The position numbers were made by a program, and so were the translations under genes. Below the pieces are notes generated by a model, which ran no database searches, was not told where the DNA came from, and worked only from the letters and a program-made list of their open reading frames with translations. This document shows positions 52,201 through 64,000 of a DNA stretch of 64,000 nt, one piece after another; position 1 is the stretch's first letter, and each line of letters starts with the position of its first letter. This DNA is from Selaginella moellendorffii (taxonomy: Eukaryota > Plantae > Lycopodiophyta). The stretch is taken from NCBI RefSeq assembly GCF_000143415.4, contig NW_003314299.1:314979-378978 (forward strand), given 5' to 3'.

Positions 52201-52891
52201 ATGATGTACGGACAGCATATGAGAACGATGGTCTAGCACAAGAAGTGTTGCTAAGGAATCTAGAGGCGCAAGAAGCTCACCAGAGAGGTGAGCTGCCAAT
52301 GGAAGAGAAAACGGGTTATGTGGTATGCAATGGACTCATCTATTACAAACAAACAAAGGTGTATATTCCAGAAGGGGAACTAAGGAAAGTAGCTTTAAAA
52401 GAGTGTCATAATGAACCTCTTGCGGGACACGGCAGAGTGCCCAAAATGATGGGCTTACTCAAGAGGAAGTATCACTAGCCAGATATGGCTAAAAACATCC
52501 AAGACTATGTAAAGACATGTCCAATATGTCAGCAGGTCAAAGCCGTGATTAAGGTTAGTGGGCACTTGTTACAAAGCATCCCAATTCCAGATTGTCCATA
52601 GGAATGTTTTATGATGGACTTCATCACGGGACTCCCCCTAAGTGGGGTTTGATGCGATATTCGTGGTGGTGGACTGATTTTTGAAGATGGTACATTTCAT
52701 ACCCACCATAATGGAAGTGGATGCAGAAGGTGTGGCGAAGCTGTCCTTCGAACAAGTGGTTCAAGTGTAAGAAAGGCTGGAAGAGATCATCTTAGATTGA
52801 GATAAGATCTTCACTAGTAGGTTCTGGACAACTCTCCTGGAACAATATCGCACCAAGTTGAAATTTAGCACAGCCTATCACCCACAGACAG

Positions 52892-52938
52892 ATATGGGGT
52901 ATTAAGTCAAGTTTGATGGCACTAACACTTCTTGACTG
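52892..52938 (+). other. Predicted 47-bp intron in the integrase core (intact GT..CTAAC..AG version in A2 at 24040-24086, minus strand)
   Basis: Removal restores HPQT-D-G/R-QTERVNR. Confidence 0.75.
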
Positions 52939-53356
52939 ACAGACAAACGGAAAGGGTGAATAGGCAGCTGAAGGATTATTTGCGATGCTATATCTCGGGA
53001 GACCAGGCCAATTGGGTAAGTCATTTGGGACTTGCAGAAATGTGTTACAACAACTCACCACATTCTAGTATCGGGGTGAGTCCATGGGAAGTTATCAATA
53101 GGCGAGCTATTGAAGGTCCTGTGGAACTTGGCGTGGCCGAGTACCATGGAGAGTTACCCGCAATGGAGGCATTCACGGCGGAAAGACTCAACATTTGGAA
53201 TCTAGTAGGGGATTCCTTGGAACAGGCTCAACAAAGGCAGACCAAGTACGTGAACCAGAAGCGCTGGGATGTAGAATTCCAAGTTAGGGAGAAGGTGTGG
53301 CTGAACACCAAGAACCTTAGGCTACCAAGTGGGATCAGCCGAAAGTTGACCCAAAA

Positions 53357-53408
53357 GTAAAAATGCATGTATTCCTGGAAATGAATTGATCTTGAGTTCC
53401 TTAAGCAG
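53357..53408 (+). other. Predicted 52-bp GT-AG intron before the integrase GPY motif (homologues at 5582-5633 and 23571-23621)
   Basis: Removal restores SRKLTQKFTGPY in frame. Confidence 0.8.
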
Positions 53409-54602
53409 GTTCACGGGGCCTTACAAGATTAAGGCACAAATCAGTAAAGTGGCTTACCGTTTCCGACTTCCTCAAGAGATGGGGAAAATGCACCCAGTGT
53501 TCCATGTGAACCTACTCAAACCGTGCTTTGAGGATCCGCTTCACAAGAACCAAATGAGACCTTTACTTGAGGTTATCCAAGGGGAAGAGGAATACGAAGT
53601 GAAGGTCATCCTCAATGCGTGCAAGAGCAAGTGATAAGGACACAAGGTGAGAAAGTTCTATGTGAAGTGGAAAGGATTTCCACACTGCGAAGTAATATGG
53701 GAACCGGAGCAGAACTTAGCAAACGCGCGAGATCTAGTGGAGGAATTTTTGCAAGGCAGAACTCTATGTACTTATGCAAAGTTCAATTAAAAGCATCCAT
53801 TTGTGGAGTTGAGCAATGGCATATGTTAGGACCCGAAGGTAAGCTAATTAGCATGGGTTAACTAGGTCGACCAGGCGTAAAGAACTACGCCTGACTCCCC
53901 ACAAAGATGTCAAATCCATAGACGTATTTTACAGAGGTTGGGTTCGAGTCCCAACCCCCTAGTAAAGCAAGGTTGGGTTCAAGTCCCAACCCCATACTAG
54001 GGCATGGTGGGGTGAGGAGTATAGGGACACCTATATTCTATTGTCATGGGCTTTTGGCCAGGGAGGCTAACTTAGGCACACCACTAAGTGAGGGGATGCC
54101 CCCAGAGACGTAGTCAACAAGTCGTAGGATTAAAAAGAAAGACATTCGATATGGGCATCGAACTTCTTTTATGGGTGGTGGAGTTGTAAGGAACCAACTC
54201 CCCGAGGTGTCAAAGGCTAAAAGATCCCCAAAATCATGACCGAAATGATAAAGAGTTCATCGGATGGGACCGAGTCTAAGATCGAGTCCAAAACCAACTC
54301 TGAGAATGAGTTCGAGATGGAGTCCGGGATCGAGTCCGAGGCCGACTCAGAGACCAAGTTTGAGACCAAGTTCAAGACAGAGTCCAAGATCTAAAATCGG
54401 GTCCAAGACCGAGTCCGAAATTGAGTCCGAAGTCGAGTCCGAGATCGGGTCCGAGATCAAATCCGAGATCGAGTCCGAGACCAAGTCCAAAGTTGGGTCT
54501 GAGATCGAGTCCGAGACCAAGTCTAAGTACTAATATAGGTCAAGGGGTGAAAGCCCAAAGCGTGCGTCTCCCAGGGAGGGAGGGGGGGGGGGGGGGGGGG
54601 GG

Positions 54603-54702
54603 NNNNNNNNNNNNNNNNNNNNNNNNNNNNNNNNNNNNNNNNNNNNNNNNNNNNNNNNNNNNNNNNNNNNNNNNNNNNNNNNNNNNNNNNNNNNNNNNNN
54701 NN
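54603..54702. other. Assembly gap (100 N)
   Basis: Run of N following a poly-G tract. Confidence 1.
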
Positions 54703-57552
54703 CTGCTTCATGGGCGTATGAATTGACGGGTCTAACGTATATCGGAGCAAAGGCTTGCAGTATCGCATGGGGCCCCATGCCATCCCAGTGAATATGTTGG
54801 CCGTTAGATTGTAAGGTTATCACGTGAGGCCTCATGCCATTCCGACGAGGCTGGTCGCCCGGTGAATGCACAGCCTCATCCAAACGAAGCAGAATCTCAA
54901 GGAAGTTCTTGCGGCCGATGTGGCCTTCCACCCCATCTTCTGCTCCAAACAGACAATGCTGGCAGTGAGAACAAAAACATGTACGTCTTCGCGTACTTGG
55001 CGATGCTTGTTGCCAAAGGCATATTTGAAACGGTTACACTTGGCTTTCTCATGGTTGGGCACACTCATGAAGACGTCGATGCCATGTTCAGTCACCTGGC
55101 AGAGTTCCTCCGGCGATCTAATGTCCTCACCCTCCCACAACTCTACGATGAATTCCAAAATTGCATCAAAGGCACTGTTGAAGCTGCACTTCTGACAGAG
55201 GTTCCAGACTTTAAGGGGTTTGTAAGAGGCTACATCAGGGACATATCCGAAACGCTGATTGGCCACTCCAAGCCTCTTCAGTTTCATTTCAGCATGTGTG
55301 ACGGTGCTCTAGTGATGAGATACAAGATGAGAGAATGGGACACAGTGTGGCTGCCAGTGGACAGCATTGAACTCTTCAAGAGAGATCCCATAACTGGGGA
55401 ACCTATGATTCCTCAGGGTTCCCCACGGCCGATGCACCCGGATGGACTCAAAGACCAGGAAAGTATAATGGCCGGGATTAGACAGCATATTGCCTTCTGG
55501 AAGAGGGGGTTGGTGTTTGGTGGAGAATCTTATTTTCAGAGGTGCAAGCCTTTGCTCGAATACTGGGAGAAGATTATATCTGCTATCCAAAATGGGCCGG
55601 TTGTATATGAAGAATTGGAAGAGTCCTTTTGGCCAGAACCCAGAGCACCAGATAGTAGCGGAACAATGTCCTCTGGAAATGCAATGACAGATAACGATGT
55701 TGAGGATCACTATTGTGGGCCGAGGAACAAGAAGCCGGATTCAGCATTCAATCCAGTACAGGTTTGCAAAGGAATGGTCGTGCTTGTCAGACCCAGTAAT
55801 AAAAAACAAATGATATGGGTGGGGCGCTGCATCACTGATGCAGAGGAGGACGCGGAAACTAACTCCTTCAATGTAACTGTGGAGTGGTTCAAGCCAAGTT
55901 CCGGATATACGAAGGATTGCCTAGAAAAGAGATGGGTGCTGAATCCAAGGGATCCCAGCATGAGCATATCGGTGGATAATGTTGTGCATGGTTGGATGCG
56001 GAAGCAGAGTGCCACCATCACCTTGCCAGACCATGCAAGAGATGCAGCAAGAGCATTCATAACCCGGGTTCAAGGTGAGATTCATTAATATTCCTTTACT
56101 AAGTTTCTAATGTATTTTATTTCAAGGTGAACAATCCGAATCTGAATCAGAGGAGGCGTGATGGCATGTGGCCTTACGCCATTCCTAGGTGAGATGATAC
56201 AAATAACAAGTATAAATTCTTAGTTGTTCTAGCAAATCTTACTTAAAAGTTCAAGGTGAACAAGCCGAATATGAATTCATCGGATTGTTATAACAAATTG
56301 CGAGGTGATGGCATGAGGCGATACGCCATTTGAGAGTGGTAGCCATTCCTATATGAGGTGAGTGAAATATTTATTAGAAATACCTCATTCAATTGTGCAC
56401 TTCTAAGTCTTGGTCCACTCAATACTGTTTGCATGTTTCTATTTTGATGTGACATATGCATTTACCAATCACACGTGCATAATTCTAATAATATGGCGTG
56501 TGGCCCATATTAATGGCACATAAACCCATATTGTGGGCTTACGTGCTTTATGTACCATCATTCCCTTGCAGCGTATGTGTTGGTTTCCTTTTATAACACA
56601 ACGAACTCCATATTTTAGGGTGAAGAGCGTTCTCATGGCAAGCACAAAATCTGTAAGTGAGGCAGAAAAGGAGACGGAGAAGGAGATAGGTGAAGATGTA
56701 GAATATATAAGTCTTCCAAACTCCCCGTACTATACTCCAGGTGATCATTTTTCTGAATAAACGGCAACATTAACAACTATCGAGAACACCCCAGTAACGT
56801 CAGAGACAACAATCCAAAGCAAAACAACTGACCTGGAGAAGGATGATAGTACCGCTGAGAGTACCAAAAAGGAGGTGTCCACTAGCGCTTAGGCTTATAA
56901 TGGCGTGTGCCCTCATGCCATTTACTTGATCACCAAATACCTTTTTCCCTTTGCACTAGTATATCTTAATACCGGTCTGAGAAATAGAATGGCATGTGCC
57001 CTCAGGCCTTTTACTAAATCACCTTTGAAAGAAATGCAAGCCTCTATGTCGTAAAAAAAAGGTACTAGAGAAATTCCTTAATAATATGAATGTTATTTAG
57101 TTTCATGAAAATACACTAAGGGTCAAATGAGTTAAATGACTTCTCTAGACTAGCAATGCCTCTTGCTACACCTTCACAATTAGATTCGTTAGAAAAAGAT
57201 AACATTGAATAATATCTAAATGTTCTCACCATTAAGTTATATGTCTGGCTAATAGGAATGACGTTCATCTTGGAAAGCTCACCACACGCTCAATGAACAA
57301 ACAAATAGTGTGTGCGCGCATGCCATCGCTCTTCTTTAGCTTCAGATTCGGCTTGTTCACCTTGACAATGAGATTTATTATACAACCAGATGGACACAGT
57401 CTGGACATAAAGTCACCGCGCTAGTCACCATGCCCCAGATATGTCTAGCCCCTGGACAAAAAACATATAATTTCACGTCATTTTCAAATACTTGAAAATT
57501 TGTACCTAGTCCCATTTTACTGAATAAATCCCACTTTAACGAAATAGAGCTT
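54703..57552 (+). mobile_element. Sola-like DNA transposon, 3' part, apparently inserted in the A3 3' LTR
   Basis: Transposase ORF; palindromes at 54762, 54819, 56161, 56308, 56900, 56989 and 57305; ends TCCCACTTTAACGAAATAGAGCTT followed by AATT and LTR sequence. Confidence 0.65.
54862..56161 (+). CDS. Sola-like DDD transposase, C-terminal part (N-terminus presumably in the gap); probable last intron 56075-56126
   Basis: LLLQTDNAGSENKN and FLMVGHTHEDVDAMFS motifs in a 408-aa uninterrupted ORF; splicing adds GEQSESESEEA*. Confidence 0.7.
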
Positions 57553-58093
57553 AATTGACTATGGTGCTCCCGGCTCATGTAAAGTGGTACCCCACTTGAG
57601 TACCTTGCGGCTCATTGATCCTTGCCCTTCTTAGGGGCTTGGACCTTCCCTTCGGGATGGAAGGGGGGGGGGGGTGTGGTAGAGGTACCCATACCAAGCT
57701 GTTAGACTATGGTGTTTCGCTCTGGCATCCCGAAGCATGTGTTGCACCCAAGACTTGGGATTTAGAGGGTCCCATGATCAAGTGGTACCAAGGGATGTTA
57801 GGAACTTGGAGGCTTGGTGTGTTTGGCTGCTTGTGCCTGCGGGGAGTGTAATTGAACCTTAAGTCCAGTCCAATTTAACCCAGGGAGGGGGATTGGGAGA
57901 GATTTGGGAATCCATGGATGGATGGCTAACGCTCCGTTGCTCGTGCAGTGAGTAGCTGAAATTAAGTAGGACTAAGTAGGAGCTGGTACCATAGGCGGGA
58001 ACCTTGGCGAGAGAACTTAGCTAAAGCTAAGGCAGTGTTGGTTAGATAAACGAAGTAAGCTGGCAAATTGGAAAGGAAAAATTTGTGGTTTAT

Positions 58094-61000
58094 TGTAGTG
58101 CACATAAATTTGGAGCCGAACTCCAAGCCCGTTGCGCTACGAAACGAGGGTCTAGTACATTCCCATAAGCACCAGCTCCCTATATCCAACACCTGCATGC
58201 AAAATGGTGTCAAACAGAGTCTGGCACAGTTTTGGCATACAAGTGGCTGGAGGGTACCCCACTAAGTATAGCACTGTGGAGCTTGGGCTTAGAACCAAGC
58301 CAGATGCAGAACAAGGAGCGACATAGCCCAACAGGAGCCAAACTAATGTCTCAGGTGGTCGAACATGCATTCCAACTACTATCCCTACTATACATTTGAA
58401 AAACACATAGGGTTCCTACCTTATATTATCCGATTTAAGTACACGGTCATTGACCAGCTTCTCAACTAGCTCAAGTGGGAACAATAAAGGGAATCAATTG
58501 TACCGACCTTCTGCCATCATGGCAGTAAAGAAAGAGTGTCCGTAAGGACTGGCTGACAAGTATCTTTCGATACCTGAAGTCACATTCGCGACACTCTCTC
58601 CCCCTTGGGGAAGATCGACATCCTCGTCAATGCATACCCGAGTCTAGCAAACCGTCAAGGAAACAACTCCGAAAGTTAATGAAAAGCACACTATGTGGGA
58701 AATGCACTGACTTAAATGAGTTATGGAACGACCTCTCCTCTACGTCCAAAGACATTAGGACTCAAACACCCTCCAGCCATCACTGACAAGGAAATGACCA
58801 ATAGAGTTTGCCACCCTTGCTGCTCCGAGTACCACTCGGCTTACAAAGGAATGATACATCCCTGCCCGCAGGGACATAGGGAGAAGGCCAGAGGCCCAAC
58901 TTCCCCTGAGCAAGAAATCAACCCCATCGGGAAGATTTAGACAACTATTATAAATTGGCAGATTAAGTTGTTTACACAACCACGCCTCTTTGCGAAAAAA
59001 TGAGTCATCGAGAGAACTTGTGATTAGTCTATAATAGTTATCCCCATGGTTATGGATTGAACTCATGCATGGAAGTGTTGAAGTCAACTTGCCAATACTG
59101 ACCCAAGTACTAATGAACGAAAGGAACGATACTTTGATTTATAGAAATATATTACTTTATTAATTTGCAAAATTTATTACAAAGTTTACAAAAGCTAGTC
59201 TTTATTACTATTCTCATACTCCATGACAAGCTCACGAACATGTTTAAGATTCTTAAAAGGTTCCCAAGTTTATTCACAAGTTATGTAACCTTTCCACTTA
59301 ACTAGATATTCCTTGGAATGACCACCACGAGCTTTGCGAGACAAGAGAATTGTCTCGACCTCATACTCCATGTCACCATTGACAACTTCCGGAAGGGGAC
59401 AAATGTCCACAGAGCAATCCTCATCAACACGATATGGTGCCAGTAAACTGACATAAAACACATCATGGACATGGGACAACTCATCTGGAAGATCCAACTT
59501 ATAAGATACATCACCAATTCGCTTCACCACCCGAAAGGGTCCAACATATCTCGGCAACAGCTTCCGAGATAACCATCCCTTAATGTTCAAGTTCCGGGAA
59601 AATAGCTATACCTAATTCCCACTTGATAGAATACATCCCGATGATGCTAATCCTTATCATGTCAATACCTATCCTAAGCTTTGCCCATCGCCTCAATAGC
59701 CCTAGACCAACCTTGGCGTAGCTGCTCTGCATAAGTCTCAACAACTAGGACCAACACTTTGGACATTGGTTTCGGTACAATAATCTGTTGAGGAACCCCA
59801 TGAGCATTCCCTTGCAGCATCTTCTATGGAGAACAGCCTATAGCAATGTGAAATGTGTTGTTATAACAAATTTTTGCTGTGTCTAAATGCTCAACCCAAT
59901 CACGTTGGACTGCCGCGACATAATACCACAGATAATCCTCAACTTGAGCATTCATGCATTTGATCTGCCCATCAGTTTGAGGATGATAAGCCGTACTAAA
60001 CTTCAACTTGGTACCAAACAATTGGAACAATGTGCCCCAAAACGTCCCCGTAAACCTCGAATCTCTATCCGAGATCATCTCTTCAGAAAGACCACAAACC
60101 CGCACTACTTCATGGAAAAAGAGCTTTGCTGCTTGTTTTGCATTTACTGTTCCCACAGTTGGAATGAAGTGTGCAATCTTTGATAACTGATCCACAACCA
60201 CCATCAAAGTATCATAACCCTTAGACTTCGGCAAGCAAGTGACAAAATCAAGTGTCACATTCTGAAATGGCTATGTCGGTGCTGGAATCCACTGCAACTT
60301 CCTAGCCTGCTTCTCAGTTCTATGCTTACATTGCTGGCATATAAGGCATGAACGGACATAGTCTGCTACATCACCTTCCATACCAAACCAGAAAAATCCC
60401 TTTTTCAACGAAGCTAGAGTCTTTCGTTGTTCACCATGTCCCGCTACTGGAACATCTTGATATTCCCTCAAAAATAACTGTTGCAAATCCTTAGAGGGAA
60501 GATACAATCTTTCTTGCTTATAGAATATAAGCCCATCCTAAATTGAGAAGTGAAGCTTTGCATTGGTGCGGTTAGCAACTTTCACTGCTTCGCTACCAGG
60601 GTTCTGTTTCAACAACCCTGCACGGCATAAGATTGCCTTCGCCAATGGATCACTTCCATACGAAGCCCTAACATCCTCCAACCAGTCCGAACTGATTGCC
60701 AATATTGCCCGGAACTGAGTTTGACGACTCAATGCATCTAGGACAATATTGTCTTTACTAGGTCTATATATGATTTCAATATCATATCTAGCAAGCTTCT
60801 CTTACCAACAAGCCTGCTTCGGCGTAAGCTTAGGCTGCGTAGCAAAGTAGCTTAGTGTGTTATTATCTATATAAACTTTGGTGTGTCCACCCAAGTAGTA
60901 TCTCCAGTGTTCTAAGGCCAACACTATAGCAAACATCTCTTTCTCATGCATTGGCCATCTTCGTTGAGTTTCATCCAATTTCTTGGAATAAAATACAACA

Positions 61001-61854
61001 GGATAACCATGTCGCCTTAGCGTAACACCAACCGCTTTGTCACAATCTTGCTGCAATATAGCACCAATAGCATAGCCAGATGCATCACAATACACTTCAA
61101 AGGGTTTATCAAAATCTAGGATCCTAAGAACAAGAACCGAAGTCAAGATCTCCTTCAACCGTACAAAAGCACATTGGCAAGCTAGTGTCCAATGAAATGG
61201 TATATTACTCTTTATCAACTCAGTCAACAGAAGAGCAATTTTTGCAAAATTCCGGACAAACTTGCGATAGTATCCCACCAAACCGAGAAAGAAATGAATA
61301 TTTGATACAGTGGTCGGAACTTCCCAGGATTTCACTACTTCCACCTTCTTTGGATCAACCTCAATTACGCCACCACCAACTATATGTCCGAGAAAGTTTA
61401 CACGCAATTGTCCAAAAGCACATTTACTTTGCTTAGCATATAATTTGTGTTTGCACAATTTCTGAAACACCAGCTCCAAGTGTTTCAAATGATCTTCCAA
61501 TGTTTCACTGAAGATTAGAACATCGTTGATGTATAGGACAACAAATATGTCCAAATAATCTCCAAATATTTTATCCATCATAGTGCTGAACATTGCCAGA
61601 GCATTGCATAACCCGAATGGCATGACAAGGAACTCATAAAATCCATACCAAGTTTTAAAGGCTGTTTTCTCCACGTCCTGATCCGCCACCCATATTTGAT
61701 GATACCCAGACTGCAAATCAAGTTGCGTAAAATACTTAGCCTTTAAGAGTTGGTCAAACAAGTCATCAATGCGAGGCAAAGGATAACTAGTCTTGACCGT
61801 GATCTTGTTGAGTGCCCAATAGTTGATACACATCCTCATGGTTCCATCCTTATT
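58094..61854 (-). mobile_element. Ty3/gypsy chromovirus family C, 5'-truncated: RT, RNase H, integrase, chromodomain, PPT (58594-58606), 3' LTR 58094-58593
   Basis: LDLQSGYHQI, YINDVL (mutated YxDD), CDASG, HPQTDGQ, RYVGPF and EYEVETIL..YLVKWKGY motifs; LTR TGTCGCG...CACTACA. Confidence 0.9.
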
Positions 61855-63582
61855 TCACATATAGTGGGGATTTTTTGTTTGGGAGCTTGTGTAGACATTT
61901 GCTAGTAAAGCATAGGGTGTCTTGGGGGTTGCGTTGGTTACGTCCATTACAGATCTCACTACATCGTCTCCCAGTCTAAGATTGTTATAATCCTCGTGGC
62001 TCTTGCATGCTCCGAGAAGGCACGTCCACTCGAGAGCACTGGGAACGAACGGCATGCTTAAGATTAGATCTTTGGCATCGTGAAGGTGGCTGGCTCGGCT
62101 CAAGAGATCTACCATGCAACTGTAGTGCTGCCTTGTGGGCTCAATGGCGTGATCCACAACCATGGAAGCGAAGAAGCTCTTTCCCGCTTGAAAGCTGTGA
62201 TGTGTTTGGGGAATCGACGGCCTGCATTTCGTTGAAGAGATGAAAGGCCTTGCTGGCAGTGGTGCTTACTCGTGCATATGAAGCTATCATGGAGCTCCAC
62301 AAGATTTGGTCTCTGTCAGGGGATGTATCAAAAAGTTTCCTTGCATATACAATATGGCCTTCTTGGAAAAATGCAGATGTCAAGGTCACAACGTTGCGTT
62401 CTAGCATGCTATGAAAGAGTAAAGCAGCTTCACGTAGTTTGCTAGTTAGAACAAACGCATTTAACATTGTGTTCCACGAAACCATATCCATTTCGGGCAT
62501 CTTGTTAAAGAGTCTTAAACCAAAGTCACAATGCCCTCATTGGGCATACGCCGAAAGAACAGAGTTCCAAGAGCACAGATCCCGCTGCGGAATTTGATCA
62601 AAGGTGGCCTTCACAAGCTCCAAGTCTGAGGGTTGTGAGAGAAACATTATCATACAGGAAGTAAGATCAAGCTCCAGCATTTGATAGAAAAAGCTCTTGG
62701 TTTCCTCCCCGGGGCTGTTCTTGGCAAGAACAGCGAGCATTGTTGTCCACGACGAGAGAGCTCTCTGCGGCATGGAGTCAAATATAAGCTTTGATTGTCT
62801 AGCATCACGGCAGCATCGCATCACGGTGTTGCACGAAACGAGATCTATCTCAGGCATCTCGCGGAAAATCCTCTGTGCCGAATCGACATCCTCGTTCAGT
62901 GCGTATGCGCCGAGCATCGCGGTCCAGGCAACGAGATCGTGCTGCGGCATTGCATCAAACAAAAGCTTTGCTCCGTGCAAATCTCCGCCCTGCGACAAGG
63001 CAACCAAGATTGTCGTCCATGACACAAGGTCACGAGCCTCCATAGAATCAAAAACACGTTCGACTCCCTCTACATGCCCGTTCCGGGCATATGCCGCAAG
63101 AATGGAATTCCACGACACGAGATCATACTCGGGCATCCCAGAGATAGTCCTCTCGGCACTTTGTAGATCCCAGCTTGTGTGTGGACTGACAAGATTGCAT
63201 TCCATGAGAGAAGGCTGTGTTGCGGCATCTCATCAAATGTTTTAGAATATGCCCACTCCGGGCATATGCCAAGAGCATGGATGTCCATGCAAGGACATCT
63301 TTTTGCGGTATTTTTTCGAAGATCTCTTTTGCATGTTTAAGATGGGAGTTCTGGGTGTAAGCTCGAAACATGAAAGCCCACGAAAAGGAGTCTTTGTGTT
63401 TGATGTTGTATCAAAGATTTGGCGTGCCTCTTGTGGGCTTCCATAAACATCTCAATGAGTTTGTTGCTGAGGAAGGAATCATCAGCAAGTGGATGATTCC
63501 TTTTAAGATTCAAGTAAATCTCACTTGCTTCATAAAGGCTTTTGCAGGATTGAATGAAATGAATGTTACACTTTCTGTTCAT
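61855..63582 (-). pseudogene. PLS-class PPR gene with E domain, frameshifted
   Basis: MPEYDLVSWNSILAAYARNG repeats and HYSCMVDLLSRA..MPFVPSALEWTCLLGAC, split over five ORFs. Confidence 0.88.
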
Positions 63583-64000
63583 AGTCCAACCCAAAACATT
63601 GTTGTGATTAAATAATATTTAATGATAATATTAAAAACTCATTATGAGAAGAATAAGTTTTTTGTAACAATGTGTAGTTTGTTAATAATGGTATTATTTC
63701 TATTTAGTATTTTTTATTAACCTAATTGATTAATCCGAATTAAAAGTAGAATAATCTAGAATATACTAAAAAGTGTTTAAATACAAACTTAATCTAATTG
63801 CTAGATGGTAGAATATCTTAAAATATCAAAGTTACATTATACCATTAACACAACTAGGTCATGGGATATATTGAAATGGGGTACAAAGCAACTAGAGGTA
63901 GAGGGTGATGTGTCTCTTACTCCAACACCCTCTTTATTGTAATTGGCTTGTTTCCCTCATTCTTGGAGATCTTGGTAATCAATTCTTTCTAAAATTAAAT

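Larger units (their letters stand above)
49690..53760 (+). pseudogene. gag-pol of A3 (Gag, Zn knuckle, protease, RT, RNase H, integrase, chromodomain) with stops and frameshifts
   Basis: [48 protein letters not shown] and EEYEV motifs. Confidence 0.93.
49217..58092 (+). mobile_element. Family A copy A3: partial 5' LTR (49217-~49689, joined by deletion to gag), gag-pol, 3' LTR (54185-54602 and ~57553-58092) interrupted by a gap and the Sola-like element
   Basis: LTR starts TGTAAGGAACC at 49217 and 54185; LTR sequence resumes after 57553. Confidence 0.9.

Noticed and set aside
53936-53991. tRNA gene
   Set aside because: Only T-arm-like hairpins; no D arm, anticodon arm or acceptor stem found.

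Overview
This is eukaryotic plant DNA, most likely the lycophyte Selaginella (inferred from PLS-E PPR genes, 47-57 bp introns and chromodomain gypsy elements). It is a nest of transposable elements with two 100-N assembly gaps. (1) Three degenerate copies of a chromodomain Ty3/gypsy element (family A, LTR ~1.17 kb), whose integrase appears to carry two short spliceosomal introns that are retained across copies. (2) Four copies or fragments of a related non-coding LARD-like element (family B, ~7.5 kb, minisatellite-rich LTRs); two are complete with 5-bp TSDs. (3) Two other gypsy remnants (C, D), a 5S-containing Cassandra-type solo LTR and an 817-bp TRIM inserted in a PPR gene. (4) Two blocks (1-5253 and 54703-57552) that appear to belong to one Sola-like DNA transposon family. 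They share a terminal sequence and a dispersed 22-bp palindrome; one encodes the transposase, the other a spliced cargo gene with an FCP1/HAD-like domain and possibly a degenerate DNA-methyltransferase-like domain. (5) Host-type genes: two disrupted PPR genes and a frameshifted Lnt-like membrane nitrilase. All calls come from reading motifs by eye; no searches were run.
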